DNA of 32,000 nucleotides from Mucisphaera calidilacus. GTDB lineage: Bacteria; Planctomycetota; Phycisphaerae; Phycisphaerales; Phycisphaeraceae. Positions 1 to 7,319 of this stretch are shown piece by piece. Both the position numbers and the translations under genes were made by a program. Positions within the stretch are counted from its first letter, which is position 1; each line of letters begins with the position of its first letter. The stretch spans positions 2,340,001-2,372,000 of the forward strand of contig NZ_CP036280.1 in assembly GCF_007748075.1 (NCBI RefSeq), written 5' to 3'. The notes under the pieces are model-generated. The model saw only the letters and a list, made by a program, of their open reading frames with translations. It ran no database searches and was not told the DNA's origin.

Positions 1-137
1 AACTGCGGGTCAAGGACCCCCAGCCGGCCGAGGAGATCCGCGCGACCGAACTGCACCTCAAGCGTCTCAAGACGCTCGAGGGCATCGCCCGCGAGCAGAT
101 CGAGAAGCGTCTCGCCGAACGCGAGACGCGGCGCTAG
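1..137 (+). CDS. 3' end of an unidentified CDS (5' part lies outside the window)
   Basis: The frame is open from the window edge (codon phase from nt 3) to TAG at 135-137. Conceptual tail is ...LRVKDPQPAEEIRATELHLKRLKTLEGIAREQIEKRLAERETRR*. Third codon positions are almost all G/C, like the confident genes here. No family recognised. Confidence 0.45.
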   Translation, partial: LRVKDPQPAEEIRATELHLKRLKTLEGIAREQIEKRLAERETRR

Positions 138-209
138 GCGTCACCCCCCTAAAGCTAGGGATAACCCTTGCTGGGTACAGCAGCTGTCGTGTGCGCAAAA
201 TACGACGGA

Positions 210-1952
210 TCAGCGACGACGTGTTACAGCGAGTAGCGGCAGCGACAGTAGTACGAGCGACGCGGGCGCGGGGATCACAGAATTGTTGAAGTTGGCGGCG
301 AGGATAGAGAGATCGAGCAGGTCGACGGCGCCGTCCTCGGTGAAATCACCATCTTTCCACATGCTGCCCGCGGCTTGACCGAAGTGGTTGGCGAGGATCG
401 ACAGGTCGAGTAAGTCAACCGAGCCATCAAGGTTGGCGTCGCCGGGGAGACGCTGCTCGAGGAGTCCCCATGTGGCAAGGCCCTCGGTGGCGTCGGCGAG
501 GCTGTACCCGAGCGTGAAGACGCCATTGTCGTTGAGGTCGTAGACGCTGGCGTTCAAGATGGTCGAATCAAGGAAGGCGTCGCCCTGCATGATGACGGGC
601 TGGAGCCCGTTCGTGGGGTCGTAGAGAAAGACATGGGTCCCGGGGTTGGTGCCGCCGCTGAGATCGAGCACGAGAACGACCTGATCATGGTTGTTGAGGA
701 AGGGTTCCTGACTCAGGCTGGCATAGTCGGCTTCGAACGGGAAGTTCTAGGGATCGAGAACGGTGACGATGGGGTTGATGCCGTCGGCGAGGTAGATCCC
801 GCCCCAGTGCTCGTTCTCGTCGCTGTCGCGCGTCGCGGCGGAGAAGAGCAGGGTGCCGTTGTCGTTGAAGTGGAGGTCGTACTCGGAGACGAAGTAGGTG
901 TGCGGCTGATTGATGGAGACGAGTTGCTCGCCGTTGGGCATGATGGTGCCGGTGCGGAAGAGCTCACGAGTGGTGCCGTCGGGCTCGTTGATCAGGAGGA
1001 TCTGCCCTTCACTGTTCCCGCCGACATCGGTGTGAGCGAGCATGACGATCTGGCCGAGGCTATTGATATCAGCTCGGACCTCGTAGCTGTAGTTGTTGAA
1101 TTCGATGAAACCGAGGCCAAGGGGTGTTGCGTCGCCGTCGGTGAGGATGCGTACCTGCGAGTATGGCCAGGACGTGCGATCAATGAAGGTCTCGAGGTCG
1201 AAGTCGTCCTGAAAGATCGTGTAGCCGTCTCCATCGTCGTTGAAGTCCATCCCGAGCAGCGAGTCGTCATAGGTGCGGCGACTCAGGCTGTAGCCGCTCT
1301 CCGAAGGAGATGCGTAGATGCGGTTCCTGGTCTCGTTGGTGTAGAACGCGTCGTCGTAGGTGCTGCCTCTGAACAGCAGTTGACCGACGTTGTTGAGCCG
1401 GTACTGACCGGGGTCGCCGATGTCGAGAATCTCGTTGCCCGGACTGCCCCCCCTGCCGCCACCACCGCTGAACGAGACTTGCTACCCGGTATAGGCAACG
1501 CGTTGGATGTTGCTGGCGTCGTCGGACACGAGCAGCGAGTACTGCCAATCGAAGTTGTCGTCCTCCTCGACGAGCAGGTCGGCGGTGAAGGCGGCCTGAC
1601 CGAGGTCATTAAAGACGAAACCGTAATTGGGCCAGTAGTGGTCGAAGAAGTTCTGGAGGGTGGTGTTCTCGAAGACGGTCTGGTTCTGGAGCGCCAAGGG
1701 CGTGAAGGTGCCGTCGGGCTCGGCGCGGTAAATAGCCCGGTTGCTGAACGTGTCATCACTGAAAGTGACGTCGGCGAAGAAAGCGATCTGGTTGGCGTTG
1801 TTGATCTGGACGCCGTCATACTCGGCCACGAAGTTAAAGCTGACGCCTTCGTCGAGGGGGTCGCCCACGCTAAGGATGTTCGTGAGCTGCGCCCGGGCGG
1901 TGGTGGTGAGTGCGAGGCTCAGCAGGCAGAACGTTGCCGATAAGGCCTTCAT
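210..1952 (-). pseudogene. Secreted repeat protein (signal peptide, 7 NxxGQxxF-type repeats, 2 dockerin/EF-hand-like repeats, PEP-CTERM-like tail) interrupted by two in-frame TAG codons
   Basis: Single 581-codon frame from ATG 1950-1952 to TGA 210-212, broken only by TAG at 1482-1484 and 747-749 (minus strand). Track ORFs 1482..1952, 747..1250 and 210..671 share one frame (1952-1250=702 and 1250-671=579, both multiples of 3). My hand translation of the gaps gives ...AYTG*QVSFSGGGGRGGSPGNEILDIGDPGQYRLNNVGQLLFRGSTYDD...SLLGMDFNDD and ...TVLDP*NFPFEADYASLSQEPFLNNHDQVVLVLDLSGG. N-terminal signal peptide is MKALSATFCLLSLALTTTARA/Q. Repeats are INNANQIAF, FNDLGQAAF, LNNVGQLLF, INSLGQIVM, FNDNGTLLF, LNNHDQVVL, LNDNGVFTL. 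The C-terminus has GDANLDGSVDLLDLSILANHF and DGDFTEDGAVDLLDLSILAANF, then VIPAPASLVLLSLPLLAVTRRR. Confidence 0.7.
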
Positions 1953-1961
1953 GTCGATCCC

Positions 1962-1983
1962 TCCTCAGCCATAAGGCTGAGGA
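1962..1983 (-). promoter_or_regulatory. 9-bp stem / 4-nt loop hairpin whose 3' arm carries the Shine-Dalgarno of the 210..1952 gene
   Basis: Minus strand reads TCCTCAGCC-TTAT-GGCTGAGGA, followed by GGGATCGAC-ATG(1952). The purine tract GAGGAGGG straddles the 3' arm. It lies about 45 nt after the thiC stop. There is no U-tract, so a classic intrinsic terminator is not supported. Confidence 0.4.
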
Positions 1984-1984
1984 T

Positions 1985-2013
1985 AATCTAACACCAAGCC
2001 TATCTTCAGACAA
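1985..2013 (-). promoter_or_regulatory. Candidate sigma70-like promoter for the 210..1952 gene (TTGTCT-N17-TAGATT)
   Basis: Minus strand has TTGTCT (2013-2008), a 17-nt spacer, then TAGATT (1990-1985). Each hexamer matches the E. coli consensus at 4/6. The predicted transcript would start at the hairpin above. Promoter rules for this lineage are not known to me. Confidence 0.25.
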
Positions 2014-2028
2014 GAACAACTTGTGATT

Positions 2029-3870
2029 TCAGGTTGCAGGCTGATCGGCAAGATGGCCCTGCATCTTCTTCGCGGTGGCGTCATCCACGTAATCCGAGTG
2101 GCAGGCGGCTTTGCCGGCATCGTCGGCGTCGACGGTCTTCTTCGTCTTGCTGGCGAGCTTGTGGATCTCTTCCGGCGAGAGCACACCTCGCTGCTCGAGA
2201 ATCTCCTTCTGCTCGACAGTGAGGGCCGCGGAACGCATCACCTTCTCGCGCTCGTAACCCTCGGCCTTGCCCGAGGCCCAGTCCTGAATCTCCTTGGAGA
2301 TGCGCACCGAGCACCAGTCATGCCCGCACATCGCGCAGAAGTCGGTGTCGACGTCGAGGTCCTCGTCGTGGTACGCACGGGCGGTGTCGGGGTCGAAGCT
2401 GAGCTGGAAGTGCTTCTCCCAATTAAGGGCGGCGCGGGCCTTGGTCAGTTCGTCGTCCGGGTTGCGCGTGCCCGGGATGCCCAGCGCGACGTCGGCGGCG
2501 TGAGCGGCGATCTTGTAGGCGATGCAGCCCTGCTTGACGTCGTCCTTCTTGGGCAGACCGAGGTGCTCCTTGGGCGTGACATAACAGAGCATGGCGGCGC
2601 CGTGGAAGGCGGCTGCGGTGGCGCCGATGCACGAGGTGATGTGGTCGTAGCCGGGAAAGATGTCCGTGACGAGAGGACCGAGAACGTAGAAGGGTGCGCC
2701 GTGGCAGATGCGCCGCTGAGCCTTCATGTTGAACTCGATCTGATCGAAGGGGACGTGGCCGGGACCCTCGACCATGACCTGAACGCCTACGCGCCAGGCA
2801 CGTTCGGTGAGCTTGCCGATCTCGGCGAGCTCGGCGAGCTGGAGAGCGTCGGTGGCGTCGGCGAGCCCGCCGGGCCTGCAGCCGTCGCCGATGGAGAACG
2901 TGACGTCATGCCGGCGCATGATCTGGCAGATCTTCTCCCAGGCGGTGTTCATCGGGTTCTCGGCCTGGTGGGTGATCATCCACTTGGCCAGCAGCGACCC
3001 GCCACGGGAGACGAGACCGATCAGGCGGTCCTTGGCCAGCGGCAGGTGCTCGCGAAGGATGCCCGCGTGGACGGTGAAATAATCGACCCCCTGCTGGGCC
3101 TGATGCTCAATCGTCTTGAGGATGGCGGCCTCGTCGAGGTCTTCGATCTTGCGGCCGATGATCATCGAGTAGATGGGGACGGTGCCGATCGGCGTGGTGC
3201 TGCTCTGGATGAGTGCTTCGCGGCAGGCGTCGAGATCGCCTCCCGTGGAAAGGTCCATGACGGTGTCGGCGCCCCAGCGTTCGGCCCAGCGGAGCTTTTC
3301 GACTTCCTCGTCGGTGCCGGAAGAGATGGGCGAGGCTCCCATGTTGGCATTGACCTTGGTCTTTGAAGCGCGGCCGATGGCCATGGGGTCGAGCTGATAA
3401 TTCAGGTGATTCGTGTTGGCGGGGATGACCATGCGACCCGCGGCGACCTCGTCGCGGACCTGCTCGGCGGATAGGTGGCTTTCGCGTTCGGCGACGCGAC
3501 GCATCTGTGGCGTGATGATGCCGAGACGGGCGTGTTCGAGCTGTGTGATAGGTTCGAAACCGTCGGGGGCCGCGCAGCGGATGTGCTCGCCGAGTTCGGC
3601 GTGATTGTGGCCGGCGCAGCCGCTGGCGTGATCGGGTGCGGCTTCAAGAGACCAGCCGTCGGGCAGGAAGTCCCAGGCGGTCTTGTCGCTCGGGGCCGGC
3701 ATGCCGGGGGTGTCCTGCGAGGCGAAGGTCCATGGCGTGCCCACCCGAGCGGGCTGGGCGAAGGAGCCGGGCGTGGGCGCGGGCTGGCTGCCGGGGTCGC
3801 CCGCGACAGGGGGCAGGGTGCAGTCGGTGGATTCGAGCCCGGTGGGTGTGGTGGTGGACTTGCTGATCAT
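2029..3870 (-). CDS. thiC: Phosphomethylpyrimidine synthase ThiC (radical-SAM thiamine pyrimidine synthase)
   Basis: Conserved ThiC blocks seen by eye: [44 protein letters not shown], and the C-terminal CxxCxxxxC motif [13 protein letters not shown] riboswitch lies directly upstream. Start is placed at the second ATG (3870) because AGGAG lies 6 nt upstream of it. The track ORF start (3876) abuts the SD. Confidence 0.95.
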   Translation of the reverse strand: MISKSTTTPTGLESTDCTLPPVAGDPGSQPAPTPGSFAQPARVGTPWTFASQDTPGMPAPSDKTAWDFLPDGWSLEAAPDHASGCAGHNHAELGEHIRCAAPDGFEPITQLEHARLGIITPQMRRVAERESHLSAEQVRDEVAAGRMVIPANTNHLNYQLDPMAIGRASKTKVNANMGASPISSGTDEEVEKLRWAERWGADTVMDLSTGGDLDACREALIQSSTTPIGTVPIYSMIIGRKIEDLDEAAILKTIEHQAQQGVDYFTVHAGILREHLPLAKDRLIGLVSRGGSLLAKWMITHQAENPMNTAWEKICQIMRRHDVTFSIGDGCRPGGLADATDALQLAELAEIGKLTERAWRVGVQVMVEGPGHVPFDQIEFNMKAQRRICHGAPFYVLGPLVTDIFPGYDHITSCIGATAAAFHGAAMLCYVTPKEHLGLPKKDDVKQGCIAYKIAAHAADVALGIPGTRNPDDELTKARAALNWEKHFQLSFDPDTARAYHDEDLDVDTDFCAMCGHDWCSVRISKEIQDWASGKAEGYEREKVMRSAALTVEQKEILEQRGVLSPEEIHKLASKTKKTVDADDAGKAACHSDYVDDATAKKMQGHLADQPAT

Positions 3871-3873
3871 GGT

Positions 3874-3900
3874 CATCTCCTGGTGGGTCCGGCGGAGATG
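3874..3900 (-). promoter_or_regulatory. Riboswitch expression platform: helix sequestering the thiC SD and start region
   Basis: Minus strand reads CATCTCC (3900-3894), 13 nt, then GGAGATG (3880-3874), a perfect 7-bp complement. The 3' arm contains the GGAG SD and the first ATG. Confidence 0.55.
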
Positions 3901-3929
3901 AGCGACACGACGGAATGTGATCCGGGGTG

Positions 3930-4008
3930 CGCTTCCCTACGCCGGTGCGAGCCGGGTCAGGTTCCAAGGGACTGTCTCAGCCCGGCGACCGGCCGGGCAC
4001 CCCTAGCG
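3930..4008 (-). promoter_or_regulatory. TPP (THI-box) riboswitch aptamer
   Basis: Minus strand reads CGCUAGGGGUGCCCGGCCGGUCGCCGGGCUGAGACAGUCCCUUGGAACCUGACCCGGCUCGCACCGGCGUAGGGAAGCG. It contains the hallmark GGGGUGC, CUGAGA, ACCUGA and GCGUAGGGA elements. P1 closes as CGCU/AGCG. It is positioned in the thiC leader. Confidence 0.9.
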
Positions 4009-4016
4009 TCTCTCAA

Positions 4017-4045
4017 AGCATAGGCCCGGGGGGCTGCCGGTTCAA
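4017..4045 (-). promoter_or_regulatory. Candidate sigma70-like promoter of the thiC riboswitch transcript (TTGAAC-N17-TATGCT)
   Basis: Minus strand has TTGAAC (4045-4040), a 17-nt spacer, then TATGCT (4022-4017). This would place the transcription start a few nt before riboswitch P1. Confidence 0.4.
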
Positions 4046-4094
4046 TCCCTACGACCGTGACAGAGTGGCCGTGCGTGGTTCCAACGGGTCAACA

Positions 4095-4123
4095 CGACGC
4101 GAAGCACGATCCGCTTCGCGTCG
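4095..4123 (+). promoter_or_regulatory. Perfect 11-bp GC-rich hairpin in the leader of the pseudopilin-like gene
   Basis: CGACGCGAAGC-ACGATCC-GCTTCGCGTCG. It ends 22 nt before ATG 4146 and 9 nt before the AGGAGGA SD. Not followed by a T-run. Confidence 0.4.
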
Positions 4124-4145
4124 ATGTTTCAACAGGAGGACCGAT

Positions 4146-4643
4146 ATGCGAAGCAAGCAGCGCGAACGTGGTGGTTTTACGCTCGTTGAGATCCTGATCG
4201 TGGTGGTGATCCTCGGCGTGCTCGCGGCGATGGTGATCCCGCAGATGAGCTCGGCAACGGACGAGGCACGGATCGGCGCCGCGATCGCCAACCGCAACGC
4301 GATCCATTCAGCAATCCTGAGCTACTTCAAAGATCACGCCGAGTATCCGCAGACACTCGACCCCGACTGGTTTGTCAACAAACGGCTGCCGGCCAATCCG
4401 TTCGGCCAGGCGTGGGAGGGCGACCCGGTGCAGGAGTTCAGCAGCAACGACCTGTCGCGTCGTATCCCGGAGTACAAGATCATCAACCCGAGCCTGAACT
4501 ACGGCAAGCCTTTCTGGTATCACCCACGCACCGGCGATATCTACCTGCGTGTGCCGGATCAGGGCAACGACGCGGAGACGCTGGCCCTGTTCAACCGGAT
4601 CAATGGCCTGGACCTGACGAGCATCACGCAGGACATGCCTTAA
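4146..4643 (+). CDS. Prepilin-type N-terminal cleavage/methylation domain protein (type II secretion/type IV pilus pseudopilin-like, GspG-like)
   Basis: Starts MRSKQRERGGFTLVEILIVVVILGVLAAMVIPQ, the canonical G/FTLxE prepilin peptidase site plus hydrophobic helix. AGGAGGA lies 6-7 nt upstream of ATG 4146. The track ORF's upstream extension (from 3927) overlaps the riboswitch and promoter region and is not credible. Confidence 0.85.
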   Translation: MRSKQRERGGFTLVEILIVVVILGVLAAMVIPQMSSATDEARIGAAIANRNAIHSAILSYFKDHAEYPQTLDPDWFVNKRLPANPFGQAWEGDPVQEFSSNDLSRRIPEYKIINPSLNYGKPFWYHPRTGDIYLRVPDQGNDAETLALFNRINGLDLTSITQDMP

Positions 4644-4648
4644 AGCGA

Positions 4649-4677
4649 CAACCCCCACCCGAGACGGGTGAGGGTTG
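4649..4677. terminator. Interrupted 12-bp hairpin between convergent genes (possible bidirectional terminator)
   Basis: CAACCC-C-CACCCG-AGA-CGGGTG-A-GGGTTG. It lies between the stop of 4146..4643 (+) and the stop of 4707..5489 (-). No clear U-tract on either strand. Confidence 0.4.
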
Positions 4678-4706
4678 CGACTGATTCGAGATTTCGGGGA
4701 AAGTGA

Positions 4707-5489
4707 TCAGGCGCTGGCGAGTGCCTTGATGTTCTCGATGCACTGCCTGGCTGCTTCCATCTCGTCAAGGCTCACATGGCCTTCCTGCTCGACGATGTAC
4801 CACTGGCAACCGGCGACTTCTTCGGCGGCCTTGAAGACCTCCGCCCAGTTGGTATCCCCCTTGCCGACGACGGCCTTACCGAGGATATCGACGCCGCCGC
4901 CACGCTCGCCCTTGTACTCCTTGAGGTGCAGAGTGGTGCCGCGGCCGGGGTACCGTCGGATGAACTCGACCGCGTCGTAGCCGCCCGCATAGGTGTTGCC
5001 GGTGTCGCACTGCATGATGACGGTGTCGTCGGTCATCTCAGCCACGATGTCGTACCAGGACTTGCCGCCGTCGAGCGGGTCGAGGTCAAACCAGTGGTTG
5101 TGGAAGCCGGTCTTGCAGCCATGGGGCTTGAGGTTCTCGGCGACCGCGGCGAAACGCTCGGCGGTCTTACGCGCATTGGCGTCCGTGTCACGCAGTTCCT
5201 CGGGGATGTAAGGAACGACAAGATTGGTGCAGCCGACGGCGAGGTGCTCGTCGAGAGTCTTGTTGAGCTCATCGCCTTCGAGGGTTTCGAGCGCAACATG
5301 ACTGCCCGCAGCCCTCAGGCCGAGGTCGTCGAGAAGCTTCTTGATCTCGGCGGGCGTCGCCCCGTGAAAGCCGGCGAATTCGACGCCCTCGTAGCCCCAA
5401 CTCGCGACCTGCTTGATCGCGTCGAGGATGTCCTGCTTGGCGTGTTCACGAATGGAATAGAGCTGGAGTGCAAAGGGGATCGAGGACAT
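4707..5489 (-). CDS. Sugar phosphate isomerase/epimerase (xylose-isomerase-like TIM barrel family)
   Basis: 260-aa ORF. The N-terminus (FALQLYSIRE...GYEGVEFAGF) and overall pattern are typical of the AP-endonuclease-2/xylose-isomerase-like TIM barrel family. High GC3. Confidence 0.8.
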   Translation of the reverse strand: MSSIPFALQLYSIREHAKQDILDAIKQVASWGYEGVEFAGFHGATPAEIKKLLDDLGLRAAGSHVALETLEGDELNKTLDEHLAVGCTNLVVPYIPEELRDTDANARKTAERFAAVAENLKPHGCKTGFHNHWFDLDPLDGGKSWYDIVAEMTDDTVIMQCDTGNTYAGGYDAVEFIRRYPGRGTTLHLKEYKGERGGGVDILGKAVVGKGDTNWAEVFKAAEEVAGCQWYIVEQEGHVSLDEMEAARQCIENIKALASA

Positions 5490-5573
5490 CGGACAGTCTC
5501 CCGTTGGTTTGGGGGTTAGCAGAGATGAGTCGACGGCGGTGTACGACGTTCCGCATCGAGGATAATTATAGAA

Positions 5574-6131
5574 TTATTCCTCGCCCGCGTCATCCTCTTT
5601 GTCGGTCAGGGTCGTCGCCCCGCCCTTGGGAACAGTCAGGATGGACCAGTTGTCGCCGGCCTGCCAGCGGCAGAGCCAGACCAGCTGACCGAGATGGTAG
5701 CCATAGTGAGCCAGCTGGCGGTTGATCACCCCCACCACCGACTCCGGCTCGTCCCGGATCATCACGGTCTTGGTGAGGTCCGCAGGAGTGAGGCTCTCCA
5801 TGGTCTTGAAGAGAATCGACCAGCCGGCCTCCCAGTCGCGGAGCAGCTCCTTCTCGTCCTTGTAGCGGTCGACAAACTCATCGTCGCGGTCGCGCCAGGG
5901 CTTTTCTCCATCCGAGGTCAGGAAGTCCGACCAACGCGAACGCATGCTGCCCGCCAGATGCTTGATGATGATGGCGGCGGAGTTGGTATCCGGATCAGGC
6001 TGCCAGCGGAGCTGCTCGAAGGTTACCTGCTCGATCGCGCGGTCCGCCATGCGCTTCTGCGAACGGAACATGTCCGTCGCTGCGTCGATCACGAGTTGAC
6101 CGAGTGCGTCGTGGGTATCCGGTTCGGGCAT
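5574..6131 (-). CDS. DinB-superfamily protein (DUF1572-like)
   Basis: Contains IIKHLAGSMRSRWSDFLTSDGEKPWRDRDDEF, a block I recognise from DUF1572/DinB_2 proteins. Start is placed at ATG 6131 (GGAGA 6 nt upstream) rather than the track start 6167. Confidence 0.75.
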   Translation of the reverse strand: MPEPDTHDALGQLVIDAATDMFRSQKRMADRAIEQVTFEQLRWQPDPDTNSAAIIIKHLAGSMRSRWSDFLTSDGEKPWRDRDDEFVDRYKDEKELLRDWEAGWSILFKTMESLTPADLTKTVMIRDEPESVVGVINRQLAHYGYHLGQLVWLCRWQAGDNWSILTVPKGGATTLTDKEDDAGEE

Positions 6132-6217
6132 GCGGTGTCTCCGTGGTGCAGAGTGATCCGGCGTCAACAGCAGTGTATCGAGTCGTGCGCACCGGGTGAT
6201 ATCGGTAGGCTGATGGC

Positions 6218-6868
6218 GTGTGTGAAAAGCAGGTCAGTGCGTTACGGCCGGAGACGCGCGACCCCGATCGGGTCCGCGTGATGGTGGGCCAGCGCCGCGT
6301 GGCAACGCTCACCGCCCGGTCGGTGATCGAACTCGGCATCACGGTCGGGGGAGCCTGGACCGAGACGATGGCGGCGGCGGCCCAGCGCATGGAAGCGTCG
6401 GATAAGGCGGTTTCCAAGGCACGAGGCTACCTGTCGCGACGGATGCACAGCCGACGTCAACTGGATCTGAAACTCAATCGCGCCGGGTTTGAACCCGCGA
6501 TCCGGCGTGAGGCGCTGGATCGACTCGACACGGCGGGCCTGCTGAATGACCGGCTCTTTGCCGAACGGTTGGTGGAAGAGTGGCGCGGCCGGCGGGGCGC
6601 GGGACCCAGGCTGGTGCGGGACAAGCTGCGTGCGGCGGGGGTCGCGGACGCCGTGATCAACGAGGTGCTGACCGACGAGGACTGTTCACAGATGAATGAC
6701 GCCTCGCTGGCGATGGATTACGCCCAGCGTCAACTGGCGGGGCTAGCCCGGCACCCACCGGAAGTGCAGAAGCGTCGGCTCTACGGGCGGATGGCCCGGC
6801 GGGGATATGACGCCGAGGTGATCCGCGAGGTCGTGGATCGATTGATCGGGGAAGGCTCGGATGGCTGA
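6218..6868 (+). CDS. recX: Regulatory protein RecX
   Basis: Shows the RecX-like helical repeat pattern (YLSRRMHSRRQLDLKLNRAGFEPAIRREALDRLDTAGLLNDRLFAERLV..., RRLYGRMARRGYDAEVIREVV). GTG start at 6218 is uncertain. Not adjacent to recA in this window. Confidence 0.75.
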   Translation: MCEKQVSALRPETRDPDRVRVMVGQRRVATLTARSVIELGITVGGAWTETMAAAAQRMEASDKAVSKARGYLSRRMHSRRQLDLKLNRAGFEPAIRREALDRLDTAGLLNDRLFAERLVEEWRGRRGAGPRLVRDKLRAAGVADAVINEVLTDEDCSQMNDASLAMDYAQRQLAGLARHPPEVQKRRLYGRMARRGYDAEVIREVVDRLIGEGSDG

Positions 6869-6905
6869 GGCTGCGTGCACAGGTCGGCGTGGTTATTCTG
6901 CCTGC

Positions 6906-7319
6906 ATGCCAAGAGTCTGCCTCTGTGTGTTGATGCTGTCGCTGGTGGCCGGCGGCTGCGTCCGCCGAACCATCACGATCACCTCGGAACCATCGGGCGC
7001 GCTCGTGCACCTCAACGACCGCGAAGTGGGGCGCACGCCCCTGTCGCTGCCCTTCACCTACTACGGCGTCTACGACGTCCGGCTCGAGCAGGAGACGAGC
7101 GAACCGCTCTGGACCACAGGCAAGGCTGACCCGCCCTGGTGGGCCTATCCGGGACCGGATCTCATCGCCGAATTCATACCCGGCCTCAAGGACGAAGTCG
7201 CCTGGCACTACGAGCTGACGCCGGCGGTCGCCGTGGAGGACGAAAACATCGACGCAGTCAACCTGCGGGCCAGACAGATGCGTGCCCGACTGGATCAGCC
7301 CATCTCGGACGAGGATTGA
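6906..7319 (+). CDS. PEGA-domain lipoprotein
   Basis: MPRVCLCVLMLSLVAGGC lipobox signal. It is followed by ITITSEPSGALVHLNDREVGRTPLSLPFTYYGVYDVRLE, a PEGA-type beta-sandwich motif. Confidence 0.7.
   Translation: MPRVCLCVLMLSLVAGGCVRRTITITSEPSGALVHLNDREVGRTPLSLPFTYYGVYDVRLEQETSEPLWTTGKADPPWWAYPGPDLIAEFIPGLKDEVAWHYELTPAVAVEDENIDAVNLRARQMRARLDQPISDED

Noticed and set aside
156-165. TAGGGATAAC, identical to the first 10 nt of the I-SceI homing-endonuclease site
   Set aside because: Only 10 of 18 positions match. There is no intron, intein or homing endonuclease gene nearby. Chance similarity in a convergent spacer.
1482-1490. TAG-CAA context resembling the tobamovirus leaky-stop motif (UAG-CAR-YYA)
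   Set aside because: The third codon (GUC) does not fit, the motif is defined for eukaryotic ribosomes, and the second TAG (TAG-AAC-TTC) does not share it.
633-1943. 436-aa uninterrupted ORF on the plus strand, antisense to the TAG-interrupted gene
   Set aside because: Its composition (V/G/E/D/A-rich, no recognisable motifs) is that of a GC-driven shadow frame. The minus-strand frame has the signal peptide, repeats, sorting tail and high GC3.
2023-3366. 447-aa plus-strand ORF antisense to thiC. Similar long antisense or out-of-frame ORFs occur at 7860..9599, 13639..14994, 16353..17234, 17613..18875, 22664..24730, 24910..26685 and 29499..30731
   Set aside because: All overlap genes with unambiguous conserved motifs on the other strand or frame. 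Their translations are Arg/Pro/Gly/Val-rich low-complexity sequence typical of high-GC shadow ORFs.
4039-4049. GGTTCAATCCC, resembling a tRNA T-arm/T-loop
   Set aside because: The flanks have no complementary T-stem, acceptor stem or anticodon arm. On the opposite strand the segment coincides with the -35 hexamer of the predicted thiC promoter.
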